NCBI GenBank assembly: GCA_002269645.1
Contig: NIVC01002646.1
Coordinates: 89,243-153,242, forward strand
DNA: 64,000 bases
Reading direction: 5' to 3'
DNA from: Macrostomum lignano
Taxonomy: Eukaryota
Part shown: positions 56,741-64,000 of the stretch, one piece after another
Layout of the letters: each line of letters opens with the position of its first letter
Position numbering within the stretch: position 1 is the first letter of the stretch
Position numbers and translations under genes: made by a program
The notes under the pieces: model-generated
Told to the model about the DNA's origin: nothing
What the model saw: only the letters and a program-made list of their open reading frames with translations
Database searches by the model: none

Positions 56741-59700
56741 CACCCACATCTGGAATCATTGTTTTCATTGTGTCATTTTGTATTTTTGCATAATTCTGCA
56801 TAATAAGTAATAAATTATTGTTGATTACATTATACATTGTGGATATAGTCAGTTAAGACCTAATGTTAGATAATTATTTTTGGTTTAAAAAATTACTTTT
56901 AGTGCAATGATATGTTATTTAGCTCAAAAATATTTAAATAGCATTTACAGTCAAATTAGTCTTTATAAAATGAGAAATTTTAACTCACAATAACTATTAG
57001 TACCCTGTCTTCAAAGAAATAGCTCTTGCATGATGTAGGTCTTGAATAGTAAAAAAACAGCTCTTGTTACAAAGGTGCCATTACCATTTTTGTCACTGTG
57101 CATAATGGTACTATTGCGCATGATGACATCACCACTCCAGCATTGCCATCCGCTCTAGAACCACTGACCCCTTAGCACTGCCAGCTGCTCTAGCATTGCC
57201 AACCACTCCAGCATGGCTGACCATTCCTCTAATATTGTTGGCCATTCTAACAGCATCATTTATTTGCTCTTTGTCACTTAGAATGTCTATGACAGATAAT
57301 ACAAACTCAATGGTGTGGCAAGATAATTAGGCATTCCGGAGCACTGCTCTTTTTGGTTGTGCTAGATTGGCAATGTAATAAATAGAAGGTTCCTTTTAGA
57401 TTGGGGTAATTGATTTTTGCTCCCATTCTGACTTTAACTGAAAGTTAGGATTAAAGACATGAAAAAAACTAAATAAAATAGATTGCCAAGAAATAGCAAA
57501 TTCAAAATAATGGCCCAAATTGTCTAAAACAAAAAATGACTTGACTTTGCAGTTGCCCAATTAACCAATATCCACTGATTTATGATGCAAAATTTGAAAT
57601 GAAAATGTAGCTGATATTGCAAGACAAGTTTCACATTGATTCTATCCAGAACTAGAATCTGAGAAAATTTAGCTATGCTTATTATAGGCTATTCTTGCTG
57701 CAGCTTGCACTTCCTTGCACATTACATCTATCATGGCCACCTTCGTGCTTCCAGCATGGAGACCTGATAAGGGATGTTTAAACTTTTACAAATGAATGGT
57801 AGCCAAAATGCTAGCAAGCAGGATACTGGAAAAAGACACTATGGTTAATTAAAGATATAGATTGACAGCTATACCTATAGAAGTTTAGGGTCTCCATTAA
57901 GAAGTGTTTGAAATTCAGGCAATAGGCAGGCTCTAATGGTCACACCATTACACTTTTTTGTAACCAACAACATGTGATAGTCCCTAAAGCGAGTTAAGGC
58001 CTAAAAAGTGTTAAGGCCTAAAGCGAGTTAAGGCCTAGCTTGAGAGCTAGGCTGACAATATTTATTAGTTAGCAATGAGGTGGTGGGTGCAGACAGATTC
58101 AATCATGCTCGCATGGGATGGGGTTGAATACAATACCAAACAAATGTCTAAGCTAGTCAATAACAATCGTCACTACTAGTGAGCCAACACTTCAGTACAA
58201 GTATACACAAACTATCTGAAAGTCTATCGTGTCACTATATCACAAAACTAAAAACCATTTACTGAAATAAAATAGAGCATTATTGTGCTACAGTTTTGTA
58301 CTTTTTGTTAGAGATCACATGCTGAAGGACTACTTTGGTTTACATTTGCAGTTTGCGAATGCTCTAACTATTAGTCTTTATTCAGAGTGCTATGTTTGGC
58401 TTTCAAGGTGCTTATTCTTTGTTTCAAAAAATAAAAAGTTATCTACAATTTTTTTAAGGGCTGCTATATGAGGCTGCTCTAGAAGACAACAAAAACAAAG
58501 CAAGAAAACAAGAAAAATCAACTTGCTAGTGCCCTTCACCTTCAAAAAAACCTAACCATGTGCTGACCTTTTGTTGGTAGAAAACATTTTTTGTTTTTAA
58601 AAGTTTAATTAAAATAAACTTTTTAAAGTTCAACTAAAACTACTTTCCCAATCAATCAACTATGAAGAAAAATATGAAATTAAACTTCAGAAGAGTGCCA
58701 CATAGTGTTGTCAATTGTTTTAAATGCCAAAGTTTTCTCCAAGAAAAGCATTCCTCAATAGAATTGACTTGAAATTGCTTTAGCTTTTAAAAAGTATGAT
58801 AGGGGCTAAACAAACCTTGAAGAATGGCAAGAAACGTCCCAGGTATCCTTAGTGAAAGGCAAGAAAAAGCTTGAGAATGAGAAGCCTTTCCTATCTAATC
58901 AATGTTCTATGGCATATTTAGAACTGGGTCCAGTAAGGCTGCGCTGCAATTGGCAATGCAGTTGATGCCCTAGTACCTAGAAGGGGGGATGGCAGACAAT
59001 TTGAAGATTCATCTCATCTACTTATTTCAGATTTTCTATAAACCTAGTCCCACTGATGCCCAGTGCACAAGTTGCCACTATAGTGGCCATATGCATTTTG
59101 TTAGCTTAGTGCTCACTTTTAGTATCACAAAAAACCGGCCATATTTGCATTGCTAGAATCTTTTTTAGAGAGGTCGATCATCATCAGGAGTGTCTGATGT
59201 AGCCACACTGTAGCACTAGCAGCAGGAAGCCACTAAAGGCAAGTGACGTAGTAAATTTGCTCTTTAAAAAATAGAAGCCTCAGGTGATGACCATTTTGAC
59301 TTAAGGGATGACTTTGAGAACTTTGAGAACTCCCAAGAGCCTCCTTCGACTTGTGGAGTCTGATGGACTGCATACTATATACTACATGGCTGAACTTTCA
59401 GGATCAGCTCTAATAGCACTGGATGGCTCGTGCTAATCTAGTAAGGCAGTATGCTGCTATGTATGATACACTAATTTTACAAGGCTATTTAACATTACAG
59501 TGCTATTACTCTTTATAGCAGGTCCATCTTGTATATATTATAAAAATAAGTACGAGGGTAGCATCACAAACAGTAGACAAATGCGTTGAAATAGGATTTA
59601 TTTCAGTCTAACATAGGGACACCGGGTTTTTCAATGACTTGCCTAAAATAGTTGTCTCGATATTGGCTAGGCTATCAGGAACTATATCTACAACTTAGCC

Positions 59701-59889
59701 TACTGGGGCCCACGTTTGAGAGTACACCGAATTATTTATTAACAAGCCTTCCACTTATGCTAATCTATAATGGCATGATGGCTTAGCTAGTAATTGCACC
59801 TGTAACAAGAGTCTAATTTGATAGTAGTTTCAAAAAATTCTTGCATGCTCAATCAATTCAGTTTACCAAGCCAATAGAGAGGACTCCCA

Positions 59890-60222
59890 ATGGCCAAGCA
59901 CCATCCAGATTTGATTTTCTGTCGCAAACAGCCAGGCGTGGCCATTGGTCGACTGTGCGACAAATGCGATGGTAAATGCGTTATCTGCGACTCTTATGTT
60001 CGGCCATCGACGCTGGTTCGAATTTGTGACGAATGTAACTATGGTAGTTACCAGGGTCGCTGCGTCATCTGTGGCGGGCCCGGAGTTAGCGACGCTTACT
60101 ATTGCCGCGAGTGCACCATTCTGGAGAAGGATCGCGACGGCTGTCCGAAGATTGTAAATCTGGGCAGCGCTAAGACTGATCTGTTCTACGAGAGGAAGAA
60201 GTATGGATTTAAAAAGCGATAG
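59890..60222 (+). CDS. PHF5A: PHD finger-like domain-containing protein 5A (SF3b subunit, Rds3 orthologue), single exon, 110 aa
   Basis: [39 protein letters not shown]...[10 protein letters not shown] matches the highly conserved animal PHF5A sequence. Confidence 0.98.
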   Translation: MAKHHPDLIFCRKQPGVAIGRLCDKCDGKCVICDSYVRPSTLVRICDECNYGSYQGRCVICGGPGVSDAYYCRECTILEKDRDGCPKIVNLGSAKTDLFYERKKYGFKKR

Positions 60223-60318
60223 CTCTGGTGCTGGATTATGATTAATTAATGCGACTAATTTTAATATTATCCAGTAATAGTCTCTCGATTGTCTCTTTCA
60301 AAGTTCATAAACAATGTA

Positions 60319-60342
60319 AATAAAAGCGATAGCTCAAATAAA
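60319..60342 (+). terminator. Candidate polyadenylation signals for PHF5A (AATAAA at 60319 and 60337)
   Basis: Two AATAAA hexamers ~100 nt after the stop, followed by T/GT-rich sequence. Confidence 0.6.
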
Positions 60343-60430
60343 ACAAGTGAGTCCATTTGCTGTTGCAGTTTTTTGTATTTATTTTTTTTTCTATTAAATT
60401 TTAAGTATGTGTCAATTCAGTAGCAGCCTA

Positions 60431-60726
60431 GGGTTGTACTCGTAGCCTAGTGGTTAGAGCGTCGGACTCATGACTTTAGGGTCAGGGGTTCGATTCCCGA
60501 TCCTCTCGGAACGATTTGTGTCCTAGAGCAATACAATAACCTCTGCATTGCTTCAGTTCACCCAGCTGTAAAATGGGTGCCAGCATTAGCTCGGGGGTAA
60601 TTGAGGGCGTGTGGCGACCTCCCACCCAGTCCTTGGACTGAACAGCCGTACGCAGCCTTCAGATGCGCCGCGCAATAGCTGCGGCTGAGCTGTCGGTGGC
60701 ACATCTGCCCACTAGGGCAGGTGTAA
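60431..60726 (+). mobile_element. tRNA-derived CORE-type SINE, copy 2 (more complete)
   Basis: A box TAGCCTAGTGG, B box GGTTCGATTCC (60487-60497), CORE-like block, 3' stem-loop; colinear with 33005-33296. Confidence 0.87.
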
Positions 60727-61209
60727 TATAAAAGTAGTGTATGACGCTTCGATTCTTCAGCCTTTTTTTCAGCCATTGAATTATTTTCTAAGACACTTCC
60801 TACTTGAGCAGTTCTTATTTGCTTGTTTTCATTCCAGTGCTCGTTCAGTATAGGTTTATTCTACTATACTTTATGTAATAGTCGGTTGCTGTAAACTTCT
60901 AGCTAAATCGATTACAATTTTCCATTCTATTTTGCGTAGAGCTGGGAAATAAACGGTTAGTCTTCTAGCTAGTCATTGCCTGGGAGCTAAATCCCTAGAG
61001 AAATACATCCTGCCTGTCACCCTCGTCCACTCGATCGGTTCTTCTGCTCAGCTTCAACTTTCATCCCTATTTCTAATCTTCCCGTCCCCGTTGCCGTCAA
61101 ATCCCAAGAGTCTGGTTATGTGTGGCCAGTAAATAGTTAATAGATGTTCTCATGGCGTGTTATGCAGACCTAGTTTAGTTTTACGGAGAAGTAAGCCAAG
61201 GACTAGATT

Positions 61210-61505
61210 CATACATGCGCAACCTCCAAAATTCGGTCGGCCGTGCGACTTAGTTTTAACAAAAAATGCGACGTAGTTTTTGGCCAAAAATGCGACTTAC
61301 CTGTAAAAGAAACCCTTAAGCAAAATTAACGCAATTTTGGGTAAACGGCAGGAGTAACTATGACTGTCTTATAAGGGCTAAATGCCTCGTCATCTAATTA
61401 GTACTACGTATGATTCTTTCGGGTGGCATTTTTGCGACTTACCTTGGTTGGCCGCCAAATCGGTCGGCCGGATCGGCCGACTCGGCCGACTGTTGCGCAT
61501 GTATG
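61210..61505 (-). mobile_element. 296-bp hAT-type MITE, copy 2 (inverted relative to 41791-42090)
   Basis: Same 14-bp TIR; 8-bp TSD ACTAGATT (61202-61209, 61506-61513); body is the reverse complement of copy 1. Confidence 0.9.
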
Positions 61506-61950
61506 ACTAGATTCAAGGACAAAGCTGAATGACTGTGTAACAAAATGGGTAACACATTTCATTTTTTAATTTCTAGGCAGGACATGTATAATAAGGGATA
61601 TAAAATGAATGTAAAATCCAATTTTTTAACCGAAACGTTTCATAAATATCAATAGAGCTATAAGAAAACCAATACATATCAAATGATAAACGTTGGGTCT
61701 CCCTTCTATCAAAAGCAATAACAAATTTTGTGCTGAAAAATGAACCTTTTTGTCTCCATGATATATTTTTTCGGTAAAAACAACATCCTAAAATTCTGCA
61801 AGAAACTCAGTTTTCTGTCCGTCTACTTAAGTAGTCCTTGAAGTAAGCTTGAAGAGACGTTTTAGAAAGCACATAAATGGACATGAGAAGTTACTTACTT
61901 CCTCCGCCCAATGAAACATACTATCCTACAAGCTCTTTTAACTTTTTCAG

Positions 61951-62136
61951 TCTCAAAGTCGCAGCCTGTCTGAGGCGTTGGACTTTCTGGCATCGAAGCA
62001 TCGTGGCCAGCCAGTTGACAATGACTTAGTCAAAATTAGTAACAGAGATGACCAATTGTGTCAGATGTATTCGGTCTGCTTGGAGTTGACAAAAGAAAAT
62101 CAACAATTAAATAGTTATGCAGAGCATTTGAAACAG
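61951..62136 (+). CDS. Possible isolated coding exon (coiled-coil-like, 62 codons) of an unidentified gene
   Basis: Acceptor actttttcag|TCT, donor AAACAG|gtaagc, open frame SQSRSLSEALDFL...LELTKENQQLNSYAEHLKQ; no partner exons identified. Confidence 0.4.
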
Positions 62137-62739
62137 GTAAGCTTCTTAACTTGTGAATTTAACAAATATCATTTTGTGTGTATTATTAATGTAAGAATTG
62201 TTGCCCACATAATTCTTCAAAATCATGGTAATGTCACGCGGTGATGTCATTATTCCCTGTCAAAAATTTCTGGAAATTTTAGTAAATTGCACTGTAAGCT
62301 ACTAGTAGTAGTAGGTCACTGCCACCACCAAGAAAATTCGCGAAGAGCAATCAATCAGCTTTAAAGCGCTAACAAAATATGAGTATGTTTAAAAGAACTA
62401 GACCACAAATGAATTTATTTTCACTTGCAACCTTTCCACTGAGTAGGACACTGGGTCCAAAACAGCTACCAACAAAAACAGGAGAAGTCTGGTCATTAGC
62501 CACCAGGTAGGAAGCGGGCTTATGGATTTTTCCCTGGAGGTAACGATGCCTGGCGCATGGCAAAACAGCCATGACCCGAGATGGCCATGGTCACCGCCCC
62601 AATGTCCCTGCGGTTGAGTCCAAGCAGGGCCCTTTGCAGGGCGGAGGAATGACAGGGAGGGGACAGCGGCGCTGGATTGCCTGAAGTCGGGGCGCGTTAG
62701 CCCACCTCGTCTGTCCCTTAAAGCCACTAGTTGATCCAA

Positions 62740-64000
62740 GTGGTGACGTCCAAAGGTTCTTAGCTAAGCGTCAACATCATCTTAGCTAAGCGCCGGCCGG
62801 TTGTTGTCGCGGATGATCACCGCCGTGTTGCTGCCAGCTTGGACCACAAAGCGAGCGGTCTCGGCCGTTGCCCTGGAGCTTGGCTGGTAAACAACTGGTG
62901 CGTCGATCTCGAAGGTCATTGTCAGTGGACTCCTCAGCTGTCGGCCCATCAGCGCCGACGGGCTGCCCCGGCCGTCGCTCCCCGCCGTCGAACGGTAATT
63001 GAGCAGCAGCTTGGCCAGGTACGCTTCGAAGGAGCCGCGGTGCGCTGCAAATGCCCGGAGCCCGTGCTTCACCGTCTGGACCATGCGCTCAGCACAGCGG
63101 CGAGTGCACCAGGTTGCACCCAATGCGCTGCAGCCACTGCTGAACGTCCTCGAGTTTTAGCACGTCAGTCTCTGTCCAATGGATGACACTCTCGACCACC
63201 TCCGGTAGCTCGGACTTCTCCTCGAACTCGAGTCTCGACATCGCGTCGACATGTGGGATGCTTCTTTCGCGGACGTACGCGATATCGTAGTCGAAAGCAG
63301 CCAGTTGGATCGCCCACCGCGTGATTCTCGCAGACGTGACTTTCGGGATCTCCTTGGCTTGGCTGAAGCGGCTGATGGTCGCAGTTCAGGGCGAACTTGG
63401 CGCTCAGCAAAAAGTGTCGTGCTCGCTGAGTCGCCCACACGATAGCGAGGGCCTCTCGCTCGATGTTGGAGTAGTTCTGCTCTGCCGCTGTGAGCCGTCA
63501 AGACAGGTAGATCACCGGGTGCTCGTCTTGAGTCAGAATGGCCGAGATCGCTTTCTCACTGGCGTCTGTTGTCAGTGTTGTGCGCTTCGAAGCATCAAAG
63601 ATGCGCACTACTGGACACACTGCCAGAGCCTTCTTGAGGTCGTCGAATGCCTTCTGCTGGTCCTGGCCCCACTTGAATGGTGTCTGCTTACTTCTCAGCT
63701 TCGTGAGTGGCTCGACCTGCTCAGCGTAGGCCTGGACGTACCGCGCGTAGTAGTTCGTGAGCCCCAGAAAGGATTCGAGCTCCTGGCGGTTCGTCGGCTC
63801 ACGGGTCTGCTGAACTTTTCCCACCAGCTTCGAGTCGGGCCGAACACCATCAGCGGAGATATTGTACCCGAGGAATGAGATCGCAGTGCTTCTGAAAACG
63901 CACTTACGCTCGTTGATCTGCATTCCGGCCGCCTTGAGCTTGCGCAAGTTTCTCGACCTTCTCGTCTAGCTCAGCCTCGGACCTGGCTCCGACACAGACA
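62740..64000 (-). mobile_element. Decayed Ty3/Gypsy pol fragment (RT C-terminus, RNase H, truncated integrase) running off the window
   Basis: KCVF...FLGY, FLGLTNYY, LTTDAS, NYSNIEREALAIVWA, DHQPL, AERMVQTVK; stop, frameshift and a large internal deletion. Confidence 0.92.

Noticed and set aside
55915-59580. Mariner-type ends TACGAGGG at ~55917 and ~59551
   Set aside because: Both are in the same orientation, with no matching CCCTCGTA partner or transposase.

Overview
Eukaryotic (animal) genomic DNA with spliceosomal introns packed with minisatellites; the style suggests a free-living flatworm such as Macrostomum, but that is inference only. Host genes reconstructed by hand with consistent splice phases: the 3' end of an unidentified + strand gene (PPxY motif and PDZ-type C-terminus), a complete 25-exon phospholipase C-beta (- strand, 6627-28896, 1272 aa), a head-to-head NIPSNAP gene (+, 30751-32966, 200 aa), a TRPT1/Tpt1 RNA 2'-phosphotransferase (-, 36109-40076, 290 aa) with an extra degenerate copy of its N-terminal lobe, and intronless PHF5A (+, 59890-60222). 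The 40-64 kb part is a transposon landscape: a 6.0-kb hAT-like DNA transposon with perfect 16-bp TIRs and a 7-bp TSD whose intron-containing, lesioned transposase ends in an RG repeat and a Spindlin-like Tudor domain; a TRIM-like non-coding LTR element; two copies of a 300-bp hAT MITE; a long-TIR foldback MITE; decayed Gypsy pol fragments; and an orphan TATA-preceded ORF downstream of a Gypsy integrase. Two CORE-type tRNA-SINEs are present (33.0 and 60.4 kb); the first carries a 39-bp micro-MITE with an 8-bp TSD. Most long ORFs in the supplied track are artefacts of tandem repeats. All motif comparisons were made by eye from recalled family consensus; nothing was run against a database.
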